A stretch of DNA of 32,048 nt from IMG/VR virus record IMGVR_UViG_3300037465_000244, positions 1-32,048 of that record. One strand, given 5' to 3'. This DNA is from a virus. Its lineage: Duplodnaviria; Caudoviricetes. This document shows, piece after piece, positions 1 to 8,291 of the stretch (the stretch's first letter is position 1; each line of letters starts with the position of its first letter). Made by a program: the position numbers and the translations under genes. Below the pieces are notes generated by a model that did no database searches, was not told where the DNA came from, and worked only from the letters and a program-made list of their open reading frames with translations.

Positions 1-265
1 AGACGCCGGCCTGGAGATGGCCGCCCGAGAGTGCCGCGAGCTATCCGGGCCGAGCGTGGCGATGCAGTTCTCTGGCGGCGTGCGGTCATGGTCGTGGTCG
101 CGGTCGTGGTCGGGTTCGGGGGGGTCGCGGTCGTGGTCACAGTCGGGGAGAGCGTGGTCGCTGCCATGGTCGCGTTCGTGGTCGCGGTCACGGTCGCGGT
201 CAGGGAGGGTGCGGTCGGGGTCATGGTCGCGGTCAGGGAGGGTGCGGTCGGGGTCACGGTCGTGA
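1..265 (+). CDS. 5'-truncated paralog of 284..691: TIGR02996-like motif plus Ser-X (SR/SW/SG) low-complexity tail
   Basis: Bases 1-87 are identical to 352-438; tail built from TCR-NGG hexamers; stop TGA at 263-265. Confidence 0.6.
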   Translation, partial: DAGLEMAARECRELSGPSVAMQFSGGVRSWSWSRSWSGSGGSRSWSQSGRAWSLPWSRSWSRSRSRSGRVRSGSWSRSGRVRSGSRS

Positions 266-438
266 GGTTGACTCCGGGAGGCCATGGTGTTTCTGGTGCC
301 GTTCCCTGTCCAATCGCCGGTGGACGTTCTGGTGGCGGCCGACTGGCTCGAAGACGCCGGCCTGGAGATGGCCGCCCGAGAGTGCCGCGAGCTATCCGGG
401 CCGAGCGTGGCGATGCAGTTCTCTGGCGGCGTGCGGTC
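1..438 (+). repeat. 87-bp exact direct repeat (1-87 and 352-438) from a tandem gene duplication
   Basis: Direct comparison of agacgccggc...gtgcggtc; period 351 bp. Confidence 0.95.
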
Positions 439-691
439 GCGGTTGCTGTCGCAGTCGTGGTCGGGGAAACCGTGTTCGCGGTCACGGTCACGGTCGGGGA
501 GAGCATGGTCACGGTCGGGGTCAGGGAGATCACGGTCGCAGTCGGGGAGAGCATGGTCACGGTCGGGGTCAGGGAGATCACGGTCGCGTTCGGGTTCGTG
601 GTCGTGGTCGGGTTCGGAGGGGTCGCGGTCAGGGTTGCGGTCGTGGGTCACGGTCGGAGTCTCGCGGTTAACTCCGGTATGGTCGGAGTGA
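284..691 (+). CDS. Small protein with 'VAADWLEDAG' motif and Ser-Arg-rich tail
   Basis: GGGAGG RBS before ATG 284; ADWLED.G motif; GTGA overlap with the next gene. Confidence 0.65.
   Translation: MVFLVPFPVQSPVDVLVAADWLEDAGLEMAARECRELSGPSVAMQFSGGVRSRLLSQSWSGKPCSRSRSRSGRAWSRSGSGRSRSQSGRAWSRSGSGRSRSRSGSWSWSGSEGSRSGLRSWVTVGVSRLTPVWSE
493..587 (+). repeat. 48-bp-period tandem repeat inside the Ser-X tail
   Basis: 493-539 equals 541-587. Confidence 0.9.
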
Positions 692-1281
692 TAAAAGAGA
701 TCGATCAGGTGCTGTGTCTGTGGTCCTGGGAAGACGGCAGGTGGCGGCTCGTCCGCGACCTGGCGGATTGCGGCAACAGATGGGCGTGGAGTGAGGCCGA
801 GGAGTGGGTATACGGTGGCCCGGGCCGCGCCATCACGGCCTGGAGCTGGGATTTCGGCGTCCGGCTTGCCCGGCTGACGCTGCCCGACGCGGCGTCGGGG
901 CTGACCCCGATCGCCGACGAGATGGCCGCCGCCGCCGGGCAATACTGGTGGCGTATTCTCGACGGCGGTGAGCGGATGTTCCGGGACACGGCCGGGCGGG
1001 CGAAGTTGGCGGTCGGCGGCCCGGACAGCCTCCGGCCTGGGCCGATCCGGGTTGCTGACCTGCGGCCCTACGACCGGGCGGTCTTGACCGGGGCCACCTC
1101 GTGCCCGAACGGCCTGCGGGTCGAGCGGCTGGCCTGCGTCGTCGCGTCCGTATCCGCGGACGGCTCGGTGAAGGTCTGGCCTGAAGACGACCGCGACCCG
1201 CAGGCGGCCGGCGCCGGCGGCAAGCTGTGGTTCGAGGCCGGCGGGATCGAGGCGGCGGAGCTGGTTGAAAGGGACAGGTGA
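688..1281 (+). CDS. Hypothetical phage protein
   Basis: Complex-composition 3' part of ORF 31..1281; GTG start overlaps the upstream TGA. Confidence 0.6.
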   Translation: MIKEIDQVLCLWSWEDGRWRLVRDLADCGNRWAWSEAEEWVYGGPGRAITAWSWDFGVRLARLTLPDAASGLTPIADEMAAAAGQYWWRILDGGERMFRDTAGRAKLAVGGPDSLRPGPIRVADLRPYDRAVLTGATSCPNGLRVERLACVVASVSADGSVKVWPEDDRDPQAAGAGGKLWFEAGGIEAAELVERDR

Positions 1282-1284
1282 GCA

Positions 1285-1758
1285 GTGAGCAGTGACGATG
1301 GTGTGTGCCGGGACTGCGGCGTCGGAGGGGCGTCTGCTCTGACGCTGCGTGCGGACTTCGGTTCCGGGTGGGCGCAAGTGGCTGGTTTCTGGTGCCCGGC
1401 CTGCCATGAGAGTCTGTCCAGGATGCCCCCTGGCGCCGCGGCGGTGTGGATGGTCTGGCAGACAGGTCTTTGCCTCGCTTCCTGGAGGGGTGAGGCGTCC
1501 CTCTTGAAGGCGGAGAACGGGCGGCTTCGGGATCTGGCTGTTTCGTCGGCGGGCCGCGCCGCGGTCGTAAAACCGCCGGGCGGGGCGGTCGTTGCTGCTG
1601 TCCGGCGCTGGGCGGAAGCCGCGGCCGCCGCGCCGGCCGGCGGCAACGACTTCTCCGCGCGGGTCGCCCTGGCCCTGCTCGCCGTCATCGACGAGCGAGA
1701 ACGGAGGGTTGCCGAGCTGGAGGCCGCCGCAGGGCCGGCCCGCGGTAAACCGGGTTGA
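1285..1758 (+). CDS. Hypothetical protein with N-terminal CxxC...CxxC zinc ribbon and coiled-coil segments
   Basis: CRDC...CPAC; 'LKAENGRLR' and 'RVAELEAA'. Confidence 0.6.
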   Translation: MSSDDGVCRDCGVGGASALTLRADFGSGWAQVAGFWCPACHESLSRMPPGAAAVWMVWQTGLCLASWRGEASLLKAENGRLRDLAVSSAGRAAVVKPPGGAVVAAVRRWAEAAAAAPAGGNDFSARVALALLAVIDERERRVAELEAAAGPARGKPG

Positions 1759-1784
1759 TCCGGCGGCCAGACCGTCGGTATACT
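1755..1784 (+). promoter_or_regulatory. Sigma70-like promoter for the appendage module
   Basis: TTGATC-18 bp-TATACT, 40 bp before ATG 1825. Confidence 0.5.
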
Positions 1785-1824
1785 GCATCGTGGCGGCGGC
1801 AAGCTACGACGCGGGGTGCCGGGC

Positions 1825-2232
1825 ATGGCGTACAGACTATCTACCGATACCAGGAACAAAGCCTGTGATGCGATCGTCGATGACATCGATGCGGGATCCG
1901 GGTCCGGGACGTGCGCGATCCGCACGGGGGCGCAACCTACGAACGTCGGCGACGCCGACACCGGGACTCTCCTGGGCACGCTGACGTTCAGCGACCCAGC
2001 GTTCGGCAACGCCTCGACGGGCGTCGCGACCGCGTCGGCTATCACCAGCGACACCAACGCTGACAACTCCGGCACGGCCGGGCACTTCCGCATCAAGGAC
2101 AGCGACGGCAACATTCACTCGGACGGCGCCTGCGGCACGTCGGGCGCCGACATGAACTTCGACAACGCGACCATCGTCGCCGGCGGCACGATCGCGTGTT
2201 CATCAATGACCGTGACGGTGCCCATCAGCTAA
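1825..2232 (+). CDS. Small virion fibre/appendage subunit (mycobacteriophage Gp80-like 'tail fibre' family)
   Basis: 'IRTGAQP...TLLGTLTFSDPAFG.AS.G...SGTAGHFRIKDS...NFDNATIVAGGTI' pattern. Confidence 0.7.
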   Translation: MAYRLSTDTRNKACDAIVDDIDAGSGSGTCAIRTGAQPTNVGDADTGTLLGTLTFSDPAFGNASTGVATASAITSDTNADNSGTAGHFRIKDSDGNIHSDGACGTSGADMNFDNATIVAGGTIACSSMTVTVPIS

Positions 2233-2244
2233 GGAGCGTTTCGC

Positions 2245-2706
2245 GTGGCGGCCGCGGTGACCGTGATGACTGACGCGATGCCGGCGGCGTGCTTCGCGCC
2301 GCCGATGACGGAAGGCCTGCTCGCCCGATACCGAGAGATGGCTGACGCCCTGCCGGACACGCGAGGCGAGGTCCGCGACGCGATGCGCGAGCTGCTGGCC
2401 TGCGTCGAGGCGTGGTGGGGGCTGCCGGAGTCCTCCGGCTCGCTGACGGACCCGCACCTGGAGATCCGCCACCGCGGCAAGGAAGTGGCGGTCAGGCTGG
2501 TGTCTCTGACGCCAGACCTGAAGCGGCGGCTGGACGACGCCGTGCCGTGGCCCTACGAGCTGCGCTCCATGGAAGAGCTGTTCGGCCGGATCGACCCGGT
2601 CGCCGACAAGCCGCTGCGTGACGCGGCGTTCCACCTGTTGTGGTTCGCCAGGGAGCTGGACCTCGGCCGTGAGCCGTTGACCCAGGACAGGCTAGGGGGT
2701 GCATGA
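2245..2706 (+). CDS. Hypothetical protein
   Basis: AAGGAG RBS; ATGA coupling to the next gene. Confidence 0.65.
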   Translation: MAAAVTVMTDAMPAACFAPPMTEGLLARYREMADALPDTRGEVRDAMRELLACVEAWWGLPESSGSLTDPHLEIRHRGKEVAVRLVSLTPDLKRRLDDAVPWPYELRSMEELFGRIDPVADKPLRDAAFHLLWFARELDLGREPLTQDRLGGA

Positions 2707-3092
2707 CGATGCCGCAGCTACTCAATGTCCGCGGCCGAACCGGCACCGACGTCAGCCTGGAGCTGACGGTGCCGATCAACGTGTCGGCCGACACCAAGCT
2801 CCGCCTGCGGGCGAACGTCGATCAGGCCGACCTGACCGACCCCGACAAGTCGCTGGAGATGACGATCCTCCGCTGGGACGAGGACGCCGGCGAGTACCGC
2901 CCCGCCGGCGGCGGCGGCTTCCAGTTCGGGCCGAACTACGGGCAGAATAAAGACGGCACGTTCCCCGACCCGCTGCCGGACCCGGCGGTCACCATCGACG
3001 CCGTCTCGGTGGCCGGCAACCGCCTGGTGGGTCAGCTCGACATCCCCGAGGGCATCACCGTCCGCGTCGGCCTGTCGTTCGACCTGCTGTGA
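2703..3092 (+). CDS. Hypothetical beta-rich protein, probably virion-associated
   Basis: ATGA overlap; GC3-biased codons. Confidence 0.65.
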   Translation: MTMPQLLNVRGRTGTDVSLELTVPINVSADTKLRLRANVDQADLTDPDKSLEMTILRWDEDAGEYRPAGGGGFQFGPNYGQNKDGTFPDPLPDPAVTIDAVSVAGNRLVGQLDIPEGITVRVGLSFDLL

Positions 3093-3093
3093 G

Positions 3094-3528
3094 GTGTTGC
3101 CCGTGGCCGTCATCACCCGGACCGTGCTGGCGGAGAGGGTTGATCCCGGCGACGGGGTCGCCCGCTTCACGTCGGCCGAGCAGATTCCTGAGCGGTGCGT
3201 CGAGATCCGCGTGCGGGCCAGGCTGCCGCTGGCCGCCCGGCAAAACCGCCTGGACGACGACGCTTATCGCGTCGGGGTGTGGGTGTCACGGGACGGCGTG
3301 TCGGACTGGCGGTTCGTCGGCGGCGGCACCAACGCCCTCGGCCCGAAGCCGGTCCGCAAGAACGGCGGCGACGCCTACCCGGAACCGTGCCTCAGGCTCA
3401 CGGCGGAGCCGGACGGCATGACGGGCCACCCGGCCTGGCTGTGGCCGGGCTGGTACGTCCGGGCCGGCGTGGCGCTCAAGGCCCCCCTGCGCCTGGGCTG
3501 CGAGGTCGAGTTCGTGACCCTGGAGTGA
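3094..3528 (+). CDS. Hypothetical beta-rich protein
   Basis: Tight operon spacing; codon bias. Confidence 0.6.
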   Translation: MLPVAVITRTVLAERVDPGDGVARFTSAEQIPERCVEIRVRARLPLAARQNRLDDDAYRVGVWVSRDGVSDWRFVGGGTNALGPKPVRKNGGDAYPEPCLRLTAEPDGMTGHPAWLWPGWYVRAGVALKAPLRLGCEVEFVTLE

Positions 3529-3532
3529 CCCC

Positions 3533-4246
3533 ATGGCGACGGTGAACAACTTGATCGCCAGGGTGTCCAACGACGGCGGCACGTCCGTCACCACGGGCAC
3601 GTTCGACACGAACGTCGGCGACCTGCTGGTGCTGTGCGGCAACGCCGATGAAAACACCGGTTCCGCGACCTGGACGCTGACGGACAACCAGGGCAACCTG
3701 ACGTACACGCTGATCGTCGAGCGTGGTAACACGGAGGCCGGTCAGGGGGCCTGTGCCGGGTGGTATCACGCCAACGGTTCCAACCGCACGGGGATGACGA
3801 TCACGCTGGCGGTGGGCGGCGACGGGGACTCGCCGTCGCTCAAGGTTTACCTCGTCGCGGGCTACGACTCGGTCACGCCGGTCGGGGCCAACAACGAGGG
3901 CGACCTCACGACCGACCCGCAGGACACGACGGCGATCACGTCGCAGACCGACGGCGGGATATTCTTCGCCAACTGGACCGACTGGAATCAGACCGGCGTG
4001 CCGACCAGTTCCGACCTGACGGTGGCCGGCTTCGACACGGCCGGCGACATCTCCGGCGGCTCGGGCTACAAGACCATTTCCGGCGTCGGGACGTCGGTGA
4101 CGGGGAACATTAACTCCGGGGCGACCCCGTCGGGGAATTGGGTCAGCTTCGAGGTCCGCAACGCCGGGGCCGGCCCGTGGCTGCCGCAGACCAGCTTCGT
4201 CCCGACCACACGCCCCGCGCCGTTCCGGCCGGGCCTCGCGAGGTGA
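3533..4246 (+). CDS. Putative virion appendage/adhesin beta-sandwich protein
   Basis: Thr/Gly/Asn-rich; 'GDLLVLC' and 'WVSFEV' strands; Pro-rich C-terminal tail. Confidence 0.65.
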   Translation: MATVNNLIARVSNDGGTSVTTGTFDTNVGDLLVLCGNADENTGSATWTLTDNQGNLTYTLIVERGNTEAGQGACAGWYHANGSNRTGMTITLAVGGDGDSPSLKVYLVAGYDSVTPVGANNEGDLTTDPQDTTAITSQTDGGIFFANWTDWNQTGVPTSSDLTVAGFDTAGDISGGSGYKTISGVGTSVTGNINSGATPSGNWVSFEVRNAGAGPWLPQTSFVPTTRPAPFRPGLAR

Positions 4247-4250
4247 GAGC

Positions 4251-4808
4251 ATGAGCAGGCAGTTCTGGGAAGAGGTCCTGGCCGTCGCGACCGCCGACGG
4301 CACGCCGGTCGCCAACACGACCACCGAGACGATCGTCTTCCCCAACATGACGATCCCGGCCAACTACAATCAGGACGGCCGCGTGCTGAGGATCACCGCT
4401 TACGGCCGGTACTCGACGACGACAACGCCGACCCTGACGTTCCGCCTCCGCTGGGGCGGCGTGTCCGGAACGGTGCTGGCCGCGTCGGGGGCGATGGTCA
4501 CCGGCGCGACGGTGACCAACGCCATGTGGCGGGTCGAGCTGCTGACGGTCGTCCGCACCAACGGGTCGTCCGGCACCCTGTTCGCGGTCGGCTCGGCCCG
4601 GCTGGGCGAGGACGCGACCTCGACCGTCGGCTCGGCCACCAACGCCGGTGCGGAAGACCTCATGGGTTCGGCCGGGGTCGCCGCGCCGGCGGCGGTCACG
4701 GTGGACCTGACGGCCGACGCGGCCCTGTCGCTGACCGCCCAGTGGGGCACCGCCAGCGCGTCCAACACGCTGACCGGCCACTTTTACCTTATCGAGTCGC
4801 TCAACTGA
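4251..4808 (+). CDS. Putative virion appendage protein
   Basis: 'MSRQFWEE...GRVLRITAYG...TPTLTFRLRWGG...LSLTAQWG' jelly-roll-like strands. Confidence 0.65.
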   Translation: MSRQFWEEVLAVATADGTPVANTTTETIVFPNMTIPANYNQDGRVLRITAYGRYSTTTTPTLTFRLRWGGVSGTVLAASGAMVTGATVTNAMWRVELLTVVRTNGSSGTLFAVGSARLGEDATSTVGSATNAGAEDLMGSAGVAAPAAVTVDLTADAALSLTAQWGTASASNTLTGHFYLIESLN

Positions 4809-4827
4809 GCGGTAGGAGGGCGTCGCC

Positions 4828-6132
4828 GTGGCCATGTTCTTCTCGCACGGCCACGTCCTCTGGACGGCCGCCTCGACGGCCGGCACGACCTTCGCCGTCT
4901 CCGGCCTGGGGTTCCGGCCCAAGGCGCTGCGGTTCTACTGGATGGGGCTGGGGTCCTCGACCGACTTCTTCTCGTCGTCCACCCACATGCGGGCCGGCGT
5001 CGGGTTCGCCGTGGGGGCGTCCGACCGCCGCTGCGTGGGGATCCAGGACCAGGACGCGGTCGGCACGCAGGTCTGCACGACCTGCTACCGCAACGACGCG
5101 GTGGCGGTCACCTGCACCTCGACCCCCGCCGTTGACGGCCTGCTCGACCTTCAGTCGATCGACTCCGACGGCTTCACGCTGGTCGTGGACGACGCCTCGC
5201 CGGTGGACGTGTCGGTCTTCTGGGAGGCGTGGGGCAGCGACGACAACGCCTTCCTGGCCGCCATCGGCGAGATCTCCGAGCCGGCGGCGACCGGCGACGT
5301 GGACTACGAGTGCGGCTTCAAGCCGTCGGTCCTGATGCTCGCCGGCGTCCAGGGCACGGCGGCGGCGAACACGGTGACCCGCAACGACGCGCAGCTGATG
5401 GTCGGGTTCGCGACCGGCTCGGACGACGCGCAAAACGTGGTGGTGGTCGGCAACGACGACGACGGCTCGGGGACGACCGACACGGACGGGTACGCCCGCG
5501 CGGGCGAGTGCCTGGCCATGATCGCCGTGGCCGGCGGCAACCCGTCGGCCCGTGCCAAGATGACCGGCTGGCGCGACCGCGGCTTCCGGCTCAACTGGAT
5601 CGCCAGGGCCACGACCGACCGGCGGACGATCTACCTGGCGATAGCCGGCGGCCAATGGCGGTGCGGCGGCTACCTGATCACCGGCAACTCGGGCGGGGCG
5701 ACCCGGACGGTGGACGGCCTCGGGTTCCGCCCGGCCGGGGTGCTGTTCGCCGGGGCCATGCGCACCCAGTCCGCCGCCGGCACCTCGACGACGGAAATGC
5801 GGGTCGGCCTGGGCACGGCGACCTCGCCCTCCAGCCGGCGGGCCATGGGCCTTTTGAGTGAGAATGGCAATGCCACGGCGTCGGAGATCGAGCTGGCGAT
5901 CGACTACGACTCGTGCCTGGCGTTCCCCTCACCGGCCGGGGCGGTGCAGGCGGCCTACGACCTGGACGCCGTGCTGGCCGACGGCTTCCGCGTCGTCGTG
6001 GACACCGCCGGCGGCGTGGCGAACGAGTTCCAGGCGTTCCTGGCCTTCGGCGGGGCCAACCCACTCGCGCTGAACAACTACCTGTGCCCTGACGGCCAGT
6101 CCGGGCTGTCCGTCACGGAGAAGACGCGGTGA
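4828..6132 (+). CDS. Putative virion appendage protein with three internal repeats
   Basis: Repeated 'GLGFRP/CGFKP...DGF' motifs; AGGAGG RBS. Confidence 0.7.
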   Translation: MAMFFSHGHVLWTAASTAGTTFAVSGLGFRPKALRFYWMGLGSSTDFFSSSTHMRAGVGFAVGASDRRCVGIQDQDAVGTQVCTTCYRNDAVAVTCTSTPAVDGLLDLQSIDSDGFTLVVDDASPVDVSVFWEAWGSDDNAFLAAIGEISEPAATGDVDYECGFKPSVLMLAGVQGTAAANTVTRNDAQLMVGFATGSDDAQNVVVVGNDDDGSGTTDTDGYARAGECLAMIAVAGGNPSARAKMTGWRDRGFRLNWIARATTDRRTIYLAIAGGQWRCGGYLITGNSGGATRTVDGLGFRPAGVLFAGAMRTQSAAGTSTTEMRVGLGTATSPSSRRAMGLLSENGNATASEIELAIDYDSCLAFPSPAGAVQAAYDLDAVLADGFRVVVDTAGGVANEFQAFLAFGGANPLALNNYLCPDGQSGLSVTEKTR

Positions 6133-7322
6133 GCTTCCCACGGTTCGGCCGCGGGTCGATCAACCCGCTGGCGAGGACGCCGGCCCCGTCCAACGTGTTC
6201 ACCGCGACGGCCCCGCTGTCCGCCGGGGCCGCGACGCTGTCGGCGTCGGCGACGTTCACCGCGCCGGTGTATACCGGCGCGGCGTCCCTGGCGGCCCCGG
6301 CGGCGACGCTGTCCGCCGCCGCGACGTTCGCCGGCAACGTCTACACCGGCTCGGCCGCTCTGGTGGCCGGCGAGGCCACGCTCAGCGCCTCAGCGACGTT
6401 CACCGCGCCGGTCTACACAGGGTCGGCGGCTCTCACGGTAGGTGAGGCCGCCATGTCGGCGTCAGCGACGTTCACCGCGCCGGTCTACACAGGGTCGGCG
6501 GCTCTCACGGTAGGTGAGGCCGCCATGTCGGCGTCAGCGACGTTCACCGCGCCGGTCTACACAGGGTCGGCGTCACTGGTCGCTGGTGAGGCCACGCTCA
6601 GCGCATCATCCACGTTCACCGCGCCGGTGTATACCGGCGCGGCGTCCCTGGCGGCCCCGGCCGCGACCCTGGCCGCGTCCGCCCTGTTCGCCGCTGATGT
6701 GTACTCCGCCTCGGCCGCTCTGGCCGTCGGCAAGGCGACCCTGGCCGCTTCGTCCACGTTCACCGCGCCGGTATACACCGGCTCGGCCGCTCTGGTGGCC
6801 GGTGAGGCTACCCTGTCGGCGTCAGCAACATTCACCGCGCCGGTGTACACCGGGTCGGCGGCTCTCACGGTAGGTGAGGTTACGCTCAGCGCGTCGTCCA
6901 CGTTCACCGCGCCGGTCTACACCGGGTCGGCGGCTCTGGTGGCCGGTGAGGCCACGCTCAGCGCCTCAGCGACGTTCTCCGGTAACGCCTACACTGGGTC
7001 GGCGTCACTGGTCGCGGGCGAGGCCACACTGTCGGCGTCATCCACGTTTACCGCTCCGGCCTACACCGGCTCAGCCACGTTGGCGGTCGGTGAGACAGCG
7101 CTGTCGGCGTCGGCGACATTCGCATCAAGCCTGATCACGGCGTCGGCCGCGCTGTCGGTCGGGGCGGCATCGCTGGTGGCGTCGGCGACGTTCACGGCCC
7201 TGGCCGCGCCGGCGGCGGATGCCGGCTATTTGTCCGACCTGCGAGATTGGCTGGCGGCGGACCTGGGGGTTTTCGACACGTCGGAGATCGACGTTTCCGG
7301 CGACTTGTCGCTGTTCGACTAG
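6129..7322 (+). CDS. Ala/Thr/Ser-rich repeat protein (candidate fibre scaffold)
   Basis: 14 tandem 24-aa units, consensus YTGSAALVAGEATLSASATFTAPV. Confidence 0.8.
   Translation: MSFPRFGRGSINPLARTPAPSNVFTATAPLSAGAATLSASATFTAPVYTGAASLAAPAATLSAAATFAGNVYTGSAALVAGEATLSASATFTAPVYTGSAALTVGEAAMSASATFTAPVYTGSAALTVGEAAMSASATFTAPVYTGSASLVAGEATLSASSTFTAPVYTGAASLAAPAATLAASALFAADVYSASAALAVGKATLAASSTFTAPVYTGSAALVAGEATLSASATFTAPVYTGSAALTVGEVTLSASSTFTAPVYTGSAALVAGEATLSASATFSGNAYTGSASLVAGEATLSASSTFTAPAYTGSATLAVGETALSASATFASSLITASAALSVGAASLVASATFTALAAPAADAGYLSDLRDWLAADLGVFDTSEIDVSGDLSLFD
6198..7205 (+). repeat. 14 x 72-bp coding tandem repeat
   Basis: Recurrent 'ttcaccgcgccggt.tacac.gg' every 72 bp. Confidence 0.9.
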
Positions 7323-7343
7323 CCCGGCGGTGTCAACCTCGGC

Positions 7344-7372
7344 TTCTCGCCGGCCCGGCGCGGCGGTAGAAT
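7344..7372 (+). promoter_or_regulatory. Candidate promoter for the packaging genes
   Basis: TTCTCG-17 bp-TAGAAT in the intergenic gap. Confidence 0.4.
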
Positions 7373-7409
7373 GCCGTGTAGGGAGGTCGTGTGTGGGGGG
7401 GGGCGAGCC

Positions 7410-7631
7410 GTGCCGCAGGTCGATAGCTCGTGGATCTACAGCGTGGATTACTACCCCGAGGGAGCCGTGCTGATAGTACGTTTCAAGGACAAGAAGACCG
7501 GCCACATCACCGCGACCTGTCGGTATGAGAATGTTGACCCGATCAGGGGGTTCGGCCTGCTGAACGCGCCGAGCAAGGGCACCTACTTCCACGCGAGCGG
7601 CCTGTACGGCCGGCAGCACAAGAAACTGTAA
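7410..7631 (+). CDS. KTSC domain protein
   Basis: 'VDSSWIYSVDY...LIVRFK...RYENV...LLNAPSKGTYF' KTSC signature. Confidence 0.85.
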   Translation: MPQVDSSWIYSVDYYPEGAVLIVRFKDKKTGHITATCRYENVDPIRGFGLLNAPSKGTYFHASGLYGRQHKKL

Positions 7632-7634
7632 GCC

Positions 7635-8291
7635 ATGTCTGGTGACGCCACGAAACCGACACCTAAAAAACGCTCCCGCAAGGACTGGGTCCCCGCCGTG
7701 CTCGACGCTTTGTCCCGCACGGCGAACATCAAGGCGGCCTGCGACGCGGCCGGCATCGACCGCTCGACGTTCTATCACCGCCGCGACACCGACCCCGGGT
7801 TTGCCTCTGCCGTCGCGGCGGCCATCGACGAGGCTGTGGACGATCTGGAGTTGGAGGCCAGGCGGCGGGCCAAGGACGGGCTGAGGCGGGCCAGGTTTCA
7901 CCAGGGGCAGATGATCACGGTCCAGGCCGTCGGCCCCGACGGGTCGCCGCTGTACAACGAGAACGGCAAGCCGGTGATGGTGCCGTACACGGAGCACGAG
8001 TACAGCGACACGCTGATGATTTTCCTCCTCAAGGCTCACCGGCCGGAGAAGTACCGCGAGCGCTACGACATGCGGCACGCCGGCGGTATCGGCCTGGACC
8101 ACTCCGGCGAGGTGAAGGGCGGCGCGAATCATGACGACTGCCGGAAGGCCCTGCTCGACGCCATGGCCGGGCTGGGGCTTCTGCCCGGGGGCGGTCCAGA
8201 CGTGGCAGGCAAAGATTCTTCTGAGGGCGGCGACGGGGAGGGCGGAACCGAGGGACCGCTTCGCGGCGGACCCGGCGAGGCTTCTGACTGA
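7635..8291 (+). CDS. terS: Terminase small subunit
   Basis: HTH 'NIKAACDAAGIDRSTFY', 'LELEARRRA', 'YSDTLMIFLLKAHRPEKYRE'; immediately before terL. Confidence 0.85.
   Translation: MSGDATKPTPKKRSRKDWVPAVLDALSRTANIKAACDAAGIDRSTFYHRRDTDPGFASAVAAAIDEAVDDLELEARRRAKDGLRRARFHQGQMITVQAVGPDGSPLYNENGKPVMVPYTEHEYSDTLMIFLLKAHRPEKYRERYDMRHAGGIGLDHSGEVKGGANHDDCRKALLDAMAGLGLLPGGGPDVAGKDSSEGGDGEGGTEGPLRGGPGEASD

Noticed and set aside
31-687. Val/Ala-rich 5' part of the 416-aa ORF 31..1281
   Set aside because: Shadow frame of the hexamer repeats; the RBS and ADWLED motif support the Ser-X frame, with the real gene starting near 688
1-691. Diversity-generating retroelement TR/VR pair
   Set aside because: The repeat is identical rather than adenine-mutated, tails differ by slippage, and no reverse transcriptase is in the window
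6198-7205. CRISPR array
   Set aside because: Contiguous degenerate 72-bp coding repeats with no unique spacers and no cas genes
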